Source: Squalus acanthias
Lineage: Eukaryota
Length of the DNA stretch: 64,000 nt
Reading direction: 5' to 3'
Assembly: GCA_030390025.1 (NCBI GenBank)
Contig: CM059432.1
Coordinates: 65,226,001-65,290,000, forward strand
A model generated the notes under the pieces. The model did no database searches, was not told where the DNA came from, and saw only the letters and a program-made list of their open reading frames with translations. Numbering within the stretch: position 1 is the first letter of the stretch; each line of letters starts with the position of its first letter. Shown here in pieces: positions 37,950 through 51,577 of the stretch. Made by a program: the position numbers and the translations under genes.

Positions 37950-38376
37950 AGAACTTCCATTTATATAGTGCCTTTCACAGCCTCAGGACATCCAGTTAAT
38001 GAATCACTTTTGAATTGTTGTAATGCAGGGAAACATGGTAGCCAATTTGCACTCAGCAAGGTCCCACAAACAGCTATGAACTAAATGATCAGATAATCTG
38101 TTTAAGTGAAGCTGGTTGAGGGGTAAATGTTGGCCGGGACACTGGGAGAACTCTCCTGCTCTTCTTCGAATAGTGCCATGGAATCTTTTACATCCACCTA
38201 AGAGGGCAAACGGGACCTTGTTTATTCTGAAAGACGACACCTCTGACAGTGCAGCACCTCCTTAGTATTGCACTCGAATATCAGCTTAGACTGTGCTCAA
38301 GTTTCTTGAATGGGGTTTGAACCTACAACTCTCTGACTTAGAGGTGAGAGTGCTACTTCTGAGCCAAGGCTGACAC
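37950..38376 (-). mobile_element. tRNA-derived SINE with L2-like tail
   Basis: Reverse complement of the SINE at 41117-41597; diverged. Confidence 0.8.
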
Positions 38377-41116
38377 TCACCTATATGTTTTAGCATGGCT
38401 GACAGAATTGTGTTTGCTCCATGGTCCATGAAATATCACAAGGAACAAACACCAAAACTGCAGCTAAAACAAGGCATTCACAGACTCACATCAGGTGTCC
38501 TCTTCTGCCATTGGTTGAGGCAAGTATCCTTCTTCTCTACCTGTTCCTTAGCTATTCCCCTTTCCAGGGTAAGGTTGTGTAAGATACATTTAGTTATAGG
38601 CTGGCCTGTATCTGTCCTCCTTTGATCCTCTCCTTTCCTGCTCTAGAAGTAGCAGGTAGAGATGGTTGGCCAGCAGTATATCCATGTATCATTTTTAGAC
38701 AAAGCTCAATTACGGTTCCCTCAGCTAACATTCACATATGGCAGATCAGATGCAACCTTAAGAAGAAGTGAATACCTGTGACAATGAAACCCAGAGACAC
38801 CATGGAATTAACAATAAAATTACTGTATCAACATTCAGTTACATGATGCAATGAACAGAAAGACCAATCCAGCACAAGTTTTACGTGAATGCTGAGTTGT
38901 CACAGTGCTGTTCAGGCAATGAAACTGTATTTTTGGGCAAGCAGGTCAAATTTATTTTGAGGCCTTAATGAGCTTAGCACATGCCTTGTGTGCAAGTCTT
39001 CAACACGACAGGCAATTATCGACCACATTATCCCATGGTCTGCTAAATGTCTGCACAGCAGGCCTCAGTCACCTGGGCCCAATGGACATCAGCACTATGG
39101 GCAATGAGCATCACATTATTGGCTACACATTTAAATAATTTCCTTCTCCTTTAAATTTGACTATTAATTTGCAAACATCTAGTAAATTGCAAGACCTCAC
39201 ATGAGAAAACTATTAAATGTAATTAAAATTATTTTATAGAGGTTACATTTAAAACAATTTTCTCAAAACTCTTCCCTTTGGATATGATTTCCACATTACT
39301 AATTTGCCAGTTCTCTGTGAATAGTGTCTTTGTAAAGAACTATATAGCTGCCAATCTCCACATTTGCGACAGTACCTCATCGCATGTATGCCTCAGTCTG
39401 AAAGGCATCTGATATGTTTTATGTAATGTGTTTATCTGATGTGTTTTATTCATTTTAACACATTCCATCCTGTGCTAACTGCTTTAGTCCAAACCCATGT
39501 AGGATAGCCACTGTAAACAACCTTGACCATCACAGCGTAATAAATATTAGTTTGTTATGGTGCATAGTGATTTCTTTTTAATAATGGTTATCTGATTTAT
39601 ATTGGTGCACTATTTATATCATGGGTCATTGTTCTGCTAATAAGGGATGTCGTTTAGGAAGGCCACAAAGGCCACAACAAGGGTACAGAAAAGATACGAG
39701 GGCTGAGAGGCTTTGCTTATGAGAAGAGACTAGACAAACTGGGGCTCCTTTCAGTAAAAAGAGGATGTTAAGAGGAAATCTAATAGTGGTGTTCAAAATT
39801 ATGAGTTAAATAGAGAAAACTATTTGTATTGGTATCAATGCCTTCTGCATTTCCCAAATCGTATTATGTATATTAGATGACATAAAAATGGATTGAAACC
39901 GAAGGCAATTGTGAGGAAGATGTTGCATCAAACTGATTCTGACAGTTGCTGGGAGCACAGAAAAATCTGGAGGATTAAAAGCACAAGAATTTTTAGGAAT
40001 TGGAAAATGGCATTATGCCCAGTAATTAGGCCCTGTTCATTTTTTATTGGTCAATCCCACCTAACTCCTACCTTTTCAAATCCTGCTCTCTCATAAATAT
40101 ATTTAATTGCTTCAAACCCAATTATACAGTCCACTACAATGGCCTCCCGGTAACATATCATCCTTTGGGCGGAAACGTTCTGCTTGTTGTTTCTACTTAC
40201 TACTAAATTGCTATTTTTTGTCACCTTTTGTCCCTAATCGCAACCTGCAATTTTCCATCAATTGAAAGCAGTGGCAGGTGAGAATTTCCTTGGGTGAGAG
40301 TGCAGAAAATCTACCATCACATTTTTGTTCTTTGTCTCTAGTCCTCATGGTCTCTTCAGACTGAACATCACCTGCTGCTAAGAGGGTAGGTGGGCAACCT
40401 GCTCCCATACTTTAGCCAATTTGATCTCTCAAATGTAATGCTTCTTAAGGATTTTTGCCTAATGCTAAAAAGGAAAATCATTTGGCACTATTAGTTTGCG
40501 CCTCTATAGAGCTTAGTTTCTGAGTGCGTGTACAAATGATGTGGAGGAAAGAGGATTACTTTATCCTTACCCTCTGTTTATGTGCTTTGTGAAGGGCACA
40601 AATAACATTTGCTCTGGAAGGGATTTGTGATAAGGCAGTATCAAAAAATAGGAACCTGATTATATGACAAGTGAACAGGGTTTTCACCTTTTCACAATAT
40701 TCCTCCTGCAAGCATCACACAATTAATACAATACAAATGTAAATGTACACTTTCATAAAATATATGAGTGAATATACACCTAAATGTGAAATAGTTTCAT
40801 ATACATGTGAATATACTTTCTTGAGAAACCAAAGAAACAAAAGGGAGCAACAACAGGCAGAATGATATATGCCATGCAACATGATGGTTGTAATAACAAA
40901 AAAGATCAATAAAGAATGAAAAAACTTATAGCAAGAAATGTAATCATTAAGAAAGGAATGGAAAGGAACAAATTATTTTTACAAGTGAATTTTAAAGAAT
41001 GAATGAATGAAAAGAATGTTTAAAAAGCTGGAATAATTTTAGTAAACTAGAGGAAACAGACAATTTTCTGCTTCTGTTTCCATCTTTGTATTTTTTACTC
41101 TCTGGGGCTAGTTAGA

Positions 41117-41597
41117 GTGTCAGCCAGTGGCTCAGTGGGTAGCACTCTCACCTCTGAGTCAGAAGGGTGTGGGTTCAAAGTCCTACTCCATGAGACTTGA
41201 GCTAAAAATCTAGGCTGACACTCCAGTACAGTGCTGAGGGAGCGCTGCACTGTCGGAGGTGACATCTTTCGGATGAGACGTTAAACCGAGGTCCTGTCTG
41301 CTCTCTCAGGTGGACGTAAAAGATCCTGTGGCACTATTTCGAAGAAGAGCAGGGGAGTTATTCCCACTGTCCTGGCCAATATTTATCCCTCAATCAACAT
41401 CACTAAAACAGATTATCTGGTCATTATCACATTGCTGTTTGTAGGATCTTGCTGTGTGCAGATTGGCTGCCGCGTTTCCTACATTACAACAGTGACTCCA
41501 CTTCAAAAAAAGTACTTCATTGGCTGTAAAGTGCTTTGAGATGTCTGGTGGTCGTGAAAGGTGCTATATAAATGCAAGTCTGTCTTTCTTTCTTTCA
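41117..41597 (+). mobile_element. Full-length tRNA-derived SINE with L2-like tail (resembles shark DeuSINE-type elements)
   Basis: A box TGGCTCAGTGG, B box GGTTCAAAG; 3' end aaaggtgctatataaatgcaag(tctt)n shared with the L2 tail at 36670-36707. Partial copies at ~5000-5170 and ~32490-32600. Confidence 0.85.
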
Positions 41598-41650
41598 TTT
41601 TCACGGATTCTGTGAGGCAGGATTGGGGTGATAGCACTCCAAACATCGTG

Positions 41651-42233
41651 GGGCTGAACTTAGTGCCCGTTCCTGCTCCTCTTCTGTCCACCACTAATTT
41701 GATTGAGGCCTTCAAATGGCCAGTCCAGGCGCCCACCTATTTCAGGAGGGAGCCTACTTGTAATATGCATATCAGGATCCTATGACATGCACCGGATCTC
41801 AACACAATTTTGTGGTACTAATGGGAAAAGCGTCCACTGTGCACACTCCCTCCTTTGGTACTAGGCGGAGAGCAGCCTGAGCAGTGGTCCTTACAAAAAC
41901 CATGTTAGTTTCTGTTTTTTTACTGATTTTTATCAGGCCAGGAGGAGCACAAAAATCCTCCAACCTGCTACCAGCCCGTCCACGCCCCACCCCCATGATT
42001 GTTAAACTACCCCCCCCACCCACTTCACACCCAACTTCTGCTTCAGCTCCGCAGGGGAGCCACCGGATTTGCCACCCCGCCCCAATTGGTGAGTTACCTC
42101 TGAGCACTGGTTCTGCACTTGTAGCGCGCCAATGAAATATAAATGAGGCCCGGTCATCAAAATGACGCGGGCCTCTCGCCGAGAACATCGGACGGTTGAC
42201 ATGATTGCACCGCCTGCTCAAAGTGAAAAGCCC
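41651..42233. mobile_element. Harbinger-type MITE
   Basis: Termini GGGCT...AGCCC flanked by GTG on both sides; GC-rich; no ORF. Confidence 0.5.
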
Positions 42234-43888
42234 GTGCGTTTAATGTTCACTGCTTCTCTTATCCATTTCTACTGAACTTACTTGATTTCTGTGTTTGTCT
42301 TAATTTTTTCCATGTCTCCTGTTTGATTTAAATGTCTCCATTACTTCCTCTTGGTGTTCCCCTGTCTTTTTATATGTTTTCCTTGTGTTTCCCCATGAGT
42401 ATACATTATATTGTGCAGCTATTGCTTTATGTTCCCTACTAATCTGTGTTTGGTGCACAGCTGAGGTAAATTGAAAACTGACATTATCCTATGGCAAACA
42501 CGATTTTTTTTAAACCCCAGTGAACAGCATACAACGGGCAGGTTCAAAATAATTGTGCTTTATTTGAGGAGACAGGCAGGGGTATAGATTTTCTTTTGAG
42601 AATGATGAAGCCAAACTGGTAATAAGAACTCCAAAGGGAAGAGTGCAGCTGTTCTATGATATAAAGGACCTTTAGCACTACCATAGAGTTACTGGGTGAT
42701 GCCACAAAGAAACCAACGTCTGTTTCAATTTCACTGCACACATCATTTTAAAATCATAAGATCTAATCAACCATAAGCTTTACAGCGGGGATCCTAATGG
42801 CACGTTTAATGTGGTGCATGAGCCCTCACTATAATCAGATATGACACCCTCAACTAAGAAAACTTAAAAAAAGCTTTTAATACAAAGCTAGGTTAAATCA
42901 ATGGGCCTTGGTGGAACTCGTACTTACTCCCATAACAAAATATACTGTTAACATACAAGTAGAATCAACATCATCCCTGTTTGTTCCATTCTAAGCATGC
43001 CACATTTAAAGCAGCTGTTTTATTATTGTGTTACGAGCACTGTAATCTTATACAGCTGTTTAAAATAAACATAAACAAGCAAAATGTGTATTGGTAGCAG
43101 TTATTTCCAATGTAGAATATTATAATTCTGTCAATCTCTGATGCAAAAAAAAACTAGAGCATAGAAGTTACTGTTTTGGATATTAATGTACAAACTCAAT
43201 GCATTTGTATGACAGTCCTTTGTCCACTGCATTAACAAAAAGTTATTAATCCATTTAAAATAAACAGGTTAACTACACCATTAGAATAGCAAACAGAAGA
43301 ATGTCATTAACCATTTGGACAATAATTCACGACAATCATTTCTAGGTTAGTAATTCGCAGAAGCCACCATGCAGCTCTGCAAAGGAATATGCATCTTTTT
43401 TCAGATGACCTACAATAGCTCCAATGTGCGCACAACAAGTATGAATATACCTCTGATGGACAAACTCTTAATATTTCGCATTTCAGGAGCTTAGCAGCCT
43501 GAGATTAGAGACAGCATAGAGAGGTGGGCAGAGAAAGATAATGGTCCGGAATCTGCGGTAGGTAATAACAGTGAACGAACAGCTTTGAAACTGACCGCAA
43601 CTTCAGGATTTAGCGCTTGCGCATCCTAACGCGGAAATCCTGAAGTTGCGGTCAGTCATTCACTGCTCCGACACTGGCTGCGCTGACAGCTTGTGAGAAT
43701 TCTGCATTGTGGTTGGTTGCTTAGACAGCTTGTTGACATCACAGCAGCTCATATTAGGGATTCCCCATGAACTTCACTGCTGGCCGCCATGTTGTTAGGA
43801 AAGGGGAAAGGCGAGGAAGGGAGCCCTTATTAAAGGAGGAATGGACAGAGACGCACTTGAGAGGAGCAAAGTGAGATCGAAAGACAAT

Positions 43889-46800
43889 GGCCGGAATTTT
43901 CCTGCTGCCGTGCATGCGGGATTGGAGGCGGGTCAGGAGTAAAAGTCGCAAAAAATGGGAGCGTGTCTGGAACCCGCTGTCATCCTGCCTCTTCGTGCCT
44001 TTAACTCGGGCTCATTTGCCAGCGCAGCACAAACCCGAACGACAGAGGTGGGCGACCTAATTTAGCTCATTAATACCTTGTTGTTAGACCCTTATCAGTG
44101 TTTTTAACCAGACCTTCTGAAATTCAATGGATGCCCACAGGAATCATGCAGCTCGGGAACCACGTCTGTCAAGCTGAGGCGGAAGTTCAGTGGCATTGAT
44201 CGAGGTCATTACTGCAGAGCATCAAAAGCACAACAAATACTGCCACATGACACCTGCTTACTTGCCTAAGGGAAAGGCTCTTGCTGAGTGCATTTTGAGC
44301 ACAGATTTAGGTGTCTTCAGCTTGCAAGTCTTTTCTGCAACTTCAGAAGCCACTCTCCCCTCATTGCTACTAACTATCACACCATTGACAGATTGCTTCT
44401 CTGATCTCTACTTGACCTGCCATATATTACATCAGCATGGGTGCCACTTATACTGTCTCACCTTGTTCCTCAGAATCAGACCAGGATGAGCCCCAGCACC
44501 AGCAGTAGCAGGCACACCAGCAGCAGCAGCAACAACACCAACAACCTTCTCCTCAACAGCCTGATGCTTCACAGGACAAAGGGCATCAGCGCAGGACTGT
44601 ACCGCACCTGGATTCGATACTCCCAACACAGGATATACAGGCAGAGGATGAGCTTCCTCAACATGACTGAGCAGCAGTGCCAAAGGAGGCTCAGGCTATT
44701 GTGCCAGGTCGTCGCAGACATTTGCAGCTTGCTAGAGCAAGAGCTGCAGCCAAGAGGACCTGGTGGACATGCCTTATCAGTGGCTGTCAAAGTCACCAGC
44801 ACCTTAACTTCTTCACCTCAGGCTCCTTCCAAGAATCTTCAGCAGACATTTGCGGCATTTCGCAGTCAGCCGACCACAGATGCATCACACAGGTCACCGA
44901 TGCCATGTTTGACAAGTCAGCCAAATATATCAACTTTGCCATTGACGAAGCCAGTATTAATGAGCGGGCACTCGGCTTTGCCACTCTGGCTGGCTTCCCA
45001 CGGGTGCAGGGCGTCATCGACTGCACACATGTGGCCATCAGGGCACCCCATCATCACCCAGGAGTGTTTGTGAACCGCAAGGGCTTCCACTCCCTCAATG
45101 TGCAGCTCGTCTGCAACCATAGGAAGATCATCATGTGTGTGCCAAATTCCCTGACAGCTGCCGTGACATATTTGTCCTGCACCAGTCCACCCTCCCTCAG
45201 CTCTTCACATCGCCAAACAGACTTACCGGCTGGTTGCTTGGAGACAAGGGCTATCCACTGAAGACGTGGCTCATGACACCATTGAGGAGGCCAAGTACTG
45301 AGGCCCAGGAGAGATATAATGAAACCCACATGTCAACCAGATGTGTCATCGAGCAAAGAATAGGCATGCTGAAAATGCGCTTCAGATGCCTTGACAGATC
45401 TGGAGAAGCCCAGCAAAGGATAACGAAAAAAATGATAGAGAGAGAGAAGATAGCTTATGAGAGTAAGCTAGCAAGAAATATAGAAACAGACAGTAAGAGC
45501 TTCTACAGGTATATAAAAAGGAAGAGAGTAGCTAAAGTAAATGTTGGTCCTCTAGAGGATGAGTCTGGGGAATTAATAATGGGAAACAGGGAAATGGCGG
45601 ACACTTTGAACAAATATTTTGTATCGTCCTTCATGGTAGAAGACACTAAAAGCATCCCAATAATGGGTAATCAAGGGGCTATTGGGGTGCGGGGGGGGGG
45701 CGACTTAAAACAATGACTATCACTAGGGAAAAAGTACTAGGCAAACTAATGGGACTAAAGGTGGACAAGTCCCGTGGACCTGATGGCCTGCATCCTAGGG
45801 TCTTAAAAGAGGTGGCTGCAGAGATAGTGGATGCATTGGTTATAATCTACCAAAATTCCCTAGATTCTGGAGAGGTCCCAGCGGACTGGCAAACTGCAAA
45901 TGTAACGCCCCTATTTAAGAAAGGAGGAAGACAGAAAGCAGGAAGCTATAGATCAGTTAGCCTGACATCTGTCATTGGGAAAATGCTGGAGTCCATCATT
46001 AAGGAAGTGGTAGCAGGACATTTAGAAAATCATAATATAGTCAAGCAGAGTCAGCATGGTTTTATGAAAGGAAAATCATGTTTGACAAATTTGCTGGAGC
46101 TCTTTGAGGATGTAATGAGCAGGGTGGATAAAGGGGAACCAGTAGATGTCATGTATTTGGATTTCCAGAAGGCATTCGATAAGGTGTCACATAAAAGGTT
46201 ACTGCACAAGATAAGAGCTCATGGGCTTGGGGGTAATATATTAGCATGGATAGAGGATTGGCTAACTAACAGAAAACAGAGAGTCAGGATAAATGGATCA
46301 TTTTCAGGTTGGCAAACTGTAACGAGTGTGGTGCCGCAGGGATCAGTGCTGGGGCCTCAACTATTTACAATCTATATTAATAACTTGGATGAAGGGACCG
46401 AGTGTACTGTAGCCAAATTTGCTGATGATACAAAGATAGGTGGGAAAGCAAATTGTGTGGAGGATGCAAAGAATCGCCAAAGGGATATAGATAGGCTAAG
46501 TGAGTGGGCAAAAATCTGGCAGATGGAGTTTAATGTGGGAAAATGCGAGGTTATTCACTTTGGTAGGAAAAATAAAAAAACAAATTATTTAAATTGAGGG
46601 AGATTACAAAATGCTGAGGTACAGAGGGATCTGGGGTCCTTGTACATGAATCACAAAAAGTTAGCATACAGGTCCAGCAATTAATTAGGAAGGCAAATGG
46701 AATGTTGGCCTTTATTGCAAAGGGAATGGAGTATAAAAGTAGGGAAGTCCTGTTCCAACTGTACAGGGCATTGGTGAGACCACACCTGGAGTACTGTGTA

Positions 46801-48585
46801 CAGTTTTGGTCTCCTTATTTAAGGAAGGATATATTTACATTGGAGGCAGTTGAGAGAAGGTTCACGAGGTTGATTCCGGAGATGGAGGGTTTGTCTTATG
46901 AAGAAAGGTCGAGCAGGTTGAGCCTATACTCATTGGAGTTTAGAAGAATGAGAGGGGATCTTATTGAAACATATAAGATTCTGAGGGGCTTTGACAGGGT
47001 AGATGCAGAGAGGATGTTTTCCGTCGTGGGGAATCTAGAACTCGGGGGGCATAATTTCAGAATAAGGGGGCACCCATTTAAAACGGAAATGAGGAGGAAT
47101 TTCTTCTCTCAGAGGGTCGTGAAACTTTGGAATTCTCTTCCGCAGAGAGCTGCGGAGGCTGTGTCATTGAATATATTTAAGGTGGAGATGACAGATTTTT
47201 GAATGGTAAGGGAGTCAAGGGTTATGGGGAGCGGGCAGGGAAGTGGAGTTGAGGCCAAGATCAGATCAGCCATGATCTTATTGAATGTCGGGGCAGGCTC
47301 AAGGGGCCAAATTACCTACTCCTGCTCCTACGTCTTATGTTCTTATGTTCAGTACCCACCAGCCAGGGTCTCCAGAATCATCATCATCTGTTGCGTACTG
47401 CACAACATAGCCCAGCAACAAGGATTAGTGCTGCATGAGGAGCAAGGCTCTGAGCGCACAGCCTCATCAGAGCAGCAGGAGGAGGAAGAGCATCAGCTAG
47501 AAGACGAGGAGGAGGAGCAGGAGGAACCTGAGGCCCAGATTCCAGCAGCACCCGAGCACATTGTTGCCCGGGAGGCCAAGGATGGTCAGATTTACTTAAC
47601 TTCCTGCATTACACCCATATGGCTGCCACATGATGTGCCAGCTTCCCCCACAGCCCCTGCACCCCCCAAAACACCATAAAGCAACCCTGCAATGACCAAG
47701 CCATTGCTTTCACACTGACCCCCGTTGCTGGAGGTTACATTATGTCTGACCATTCACTCCAACTCACTAAGCCACTTCCAAAGTAGCATACAAAAATGGG
47801 CATGACCGGAGAGTGGTGAAAATAAATAGTTTTATATGTGACATAATAGTAACGGAACAGTAACAAAAATACTTCATTTTTCGTTTACACGTGCTTCTAT
47901 GAGGTGCAACCCCTGTGGCTTCAGCAGAGGTAGAGGCAGCCACCTCACTTCCCTGCTGTGACTGCGTACACACTTTTGCCGGATGTCCTCTAGATTTTGG
48001 AGCCGATAATGACCCCGCCAAAGTCTGCTGCTCCTGTGACTGTGCAGGGGCAGACTTGGCCATCGCGATCCGAGGAGGCATCCGGGGCTCTGAGTGAGGG
48101 GGAGGCAACGGGGGAGAGGTGTGAGCGCTTTGAGAGGAGCCTCCACTTCCATTTCCCCTCTCACCATCATCCGTCTCATGGGTCACCCGCACTTCACTGC
48201 TGGCAAGGAGCTGGAGAGCACCTTGCTGCACAGCAGTGGGGCCATGAAGACCCAAGTCTATGTTGACATCCCTCCTAGAGAGGAAGTCTATGAGCCACTG
48301 CCATCTGTTCTCCATAGATAGCATGTGCTCATGTGAGTGGCACATTAGCTGCTCCATGCATGTGGCCATCCAGTCCATGGAAAAGCACATCGTCCCCATT
48401 GCCTGCGACATGGTGGTGCTCATGCTGGAGATGGACTCCTCCATTCTCTGCACATCACAGCCGCAAAACCTGTCAGAGCCTCCTGCACTTCTTCCTGCAT
48501 CTCCAGGATCACCCTCTTTCTCGATGGCCCTCGAGGCTCAGTGTCTGCATGCAGCTGAGCAGAGCTGGGAGAATCCCAGGTTCAC
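43889..48585. mobile_element. Harbinger (family B) with frameshifted transposase on + (~44437-47600, split by CR1) and Myb exon 3 on - (~48580-47870); right end lost
   Basis: Left end GGCCGGAATTTT; motifs [41 protein letters not shown]; resumes QYPP.RVSRIII.CCVLHN at 47350; ORF2 tail homologous to 19061-19700. Confidence 0.85.
45412..47347 (+). mobile_element. 5'-truncated CR1 LINE inserted in the Harbinger transposase
   Basis: RT ORF 45713-46597 (YLDFQKAFD, PQGSVLGP, FADD); 3' tail ttcttatg; junctions split SGEA|LQY. Confidence 0.92.
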
Positions 48586-48589
48586 GAGG

Positions 48590-49505
48590 GCAAGGCGGTT
48601 GATATGGAAAACATGGATTTCCAAAAGGCGTTCGACAAAGTGCCACATAATAGGCTTGCCAGCAAAGTTGAAGCCCATGGAATAAAAGGGATAGTAGCTG
48701 CATGCATACAAAATTGGCTAAGTGACAGGAAACAGAGAGAAGTGGTGAATGGTTGTTTTTCGGACTGGAGGAAGATACAGTGATGTTCCTCTGGGGTCGG
48801 TACAAGGACCACTGCTTTTCTTGATATATATTAATTACTTGGATGTGGATGTACAGGGCACAATTTCAAAATTTGCAGATGACACAAATCTTGCAAGTAC
48901 AGTGAACAGTGAGGAGGAGAGTGATAGACTTCAAGAAGACATAGACAGGCTGGTGAAATGGGCCGACATGTGGTAGATGAAATTTAACGCAGAAAAATGC
49001 AAAGTGATACATTTTGGTAGAAAGAATGAGGAGAGGCAATATAAACTAAAGGGTACAATCCCAAAGGTGGTGCATGAACAGAGAGACTTAGGAGTATATG
49101 TGCACAAATCGTTGAAGATGGCAGGGCAGGTTGAGAAAGCAGTTAAAAAAGCATACGGTGATCCTGGGCTTCATAAATAGAGGCATAGAGTAAAAAAGCG
49201 TGGAAATTATGATGAAACTATATAAAACACTGGTTCGGCCTCAACTGGAGTATTGTGTCCAATTCTGGGCACCACACTTTAGGAAGGATGTGAAGACCTT
49301 AGAGAGGGTGCAGAAAAGATTTACGAGAATGATTCCAGGGATGAGGGACTTCAGTTACGTTGATAGACTGGAGAACATAAGAACATAAGAAATAGGAGCA
49401 GGAGTAGGCCAATCGGCCCTTCGAGCCTGCTCCGCCATTCAATAAGATCATGGCTGATCTGATCCTCACCTCAAATCTAAAGAACACAAGAAGTAGGAGC
49501 AGGAT
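48590..49505. mobile_element. CR1 RT fragment (+, 48590-49375) abutting a CR1 3' tail (-, 49372-49505)
   Basis: MDFQKAFDKVPH...FADD...[14 protein letters not shown]; then cataagaacataagaaataggagcagg. Confidence 0.85.
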
Positions 49506-50329
49506 TTACCCCTGCTTTTATGGGGTGAGAAGAGATAGAGAGAAAGACCCTTTTGGGGTGAGAAAAAGAGAGAAATAAGAGATCTAGTTGAGCATGCAGA
49601 AAACGAGACAATGGGAGTTACCTTGTTGGAGTGGAGAGAATTGCAGAGAGGTTGGAGGGAGGGGGGGAAAAAGGGAGGGTGAACAACCTTGATGCAATTG
49701 AGCATCTGGCTCTGCTAGGAGCAGGAAGGAAAATTGATGTCAAAGGCTAATAGCATCTAACATCATGAGCAACTCCACATGAAATCTACTAGTAGTAATA
49801 ATTCGTGTAATTCTCCTTGGGAAAAAAATGGAAATTGATGTCACAGTGACTCAGTCTACTGTTTATTTCAATTATGTAATAGTTCTTTCATATTTTGTTT
49901 GTTCGCTAAAATTATTTGTCTCAGCCAGAAAAAGCCTTGCCAGTACTTAGCAATTCCTCACATAATAAAATACAGCTTTTAAATAAACCTTTTGAGCGTG
50001 TCTGTCACACTCGAGACATCACACTTTGGGAATAATGTCCCAGCCATGCACTCCCAGTGGGGGGCTTCACATGCTGGCAACACATATTGGAAATTCACTG
50101 TGCACAATTTCTGACGTGTGTATGAAGTCGTAAAATTACTCCTTTTGTGAAATACAAAAACTATCTTGAAAACAAGCACGCAAAAAGAGAAAATAAGTTA
50201 ATTCCTGCTGTTATAGCTGACCTTCAGATAACAAGGAGAGATTGTTAAGGTAATGAGAGGAGCCAAGCAGTTGCCAATCTATGGAAACTTACAAAGATAA
50301 TTAGCTTCAAATTGACATCAGGGCCTAAT

Positions 50330-50880
50330 CCTGTTCTCCTCTCTCGCAAGTGCCACCAACACCTTTCTCCTCAAAATACCTACTCTTTGTCCTCATTAAC
50401 AGTTGCCCCATCTTTAGCCTCCTTTTCCTTTTCAAGGTCCTTGAACATGTTGTTGCCGGCCATATCCTTGCCCTCTCTCTCTGACTGTCATCCCTAATTG
50501 AATCCTTCCAATCAGGTTTTCACCTTTCCCACAACACTGACACGGCCCTAACCCAATGATAAACATTCTCTGTGACTGCATTAAAACTTCGTGCTCCTCA
50601 ATTCTCTGTAACCGTCGACATGGTCAATCACAGCTCCAACACCTCACTACTGTTGTTTGGTTCAGTCACTTGGTTCCACGCTTAGATATCCGATTGTAGT
50701 CAATGCACCTTTAGGATTGCCTTCTGTTTTTGTCCCTTGTATCATCCATGGATATGGAGTCAGCCTCCACATGTACATTGATGACATGAGGCTCTACCTC
50801 TCCACCACCTTTCTCAGCCCCTTCACTGCCCCCTTGGGATGTTTTCTGACTTTAAAGGCGCTATAATAATGCAAGTTGTT
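50330..50880 (+). mobile_element. Degenerate L2 fragment
   Basis: L2-like RT scraps (HMYIDD.RLYLS) and tail taaaggcgctata.atgcaagttgtt. Confidence 0.55.
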
Positions 50881-51577
50881 ACTGCTGCATTTAGTTCACT
50901 TTCCCCAAAGGGAATACCTGAGCACTGGTCATTAAAGTGACAGGCAAGGTTAGCTACTAAATTTTACAGCTTTACTCCAGATCCCAGAATAACCTTCACC
51001 CGAGCAGCGTAATGCCCCTGAAGATCAGCTAATAACGATGTAAGAAAAATAGATGATTCATTTTGGGTTCTGCATGTCTCATGTAGGGTGGTGGAATGTT
51101 AATTTGGCACCAAGCTTTGTCACCTGGGTTATTGGCTGGTTTGTTACCAAGTTTAAGGCCAAGTATTATAAGCTAGTTTTGGCACTCAATTGCAAACCGC
51201 AGAAAGAAATGACTTCAGTGCTTAGTTTGCCAACTAGCTCAGTTATTTTTGAGGACTATAATACCAAGTCCCTTATGAATTGACGTCCCTTGTAATTCTC
51301 TGTACTCCATGTGGGCTGACAGATTTGTGTTGCAAGACTGTAGTTTTTGCACTGTGTTTGTTTAGTTGCGTAACTAAAACTATTTTTGCACATCTGGGCC
51401 TCATAAAGACAAACAATTCAATAATTATCCAAAAAATGTTATCACTTGCAATCTCAAGTGCGACTATTTTCACCCCAGTTAATTCTTTTGCTTTGTGTTC
51501 AATAATACAGAGCAGTGGGTAGGCCACAGGGCTAAAAGTAGGTCACAGTGAACTAACAGTCTTGCTTAACATTAAAT

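Noticed and set aside
39480..39540. Minus-strand SGYPTWVWTK resembling the end of the missing Ig exon
   Set aside because: No conserved Cys or spacing, no GT donor at the expected position, no upstream match.
41117..41200. tRNA gene
   Set aside because: A and B boxes belong to a SINE head followed by SINE body and tail.
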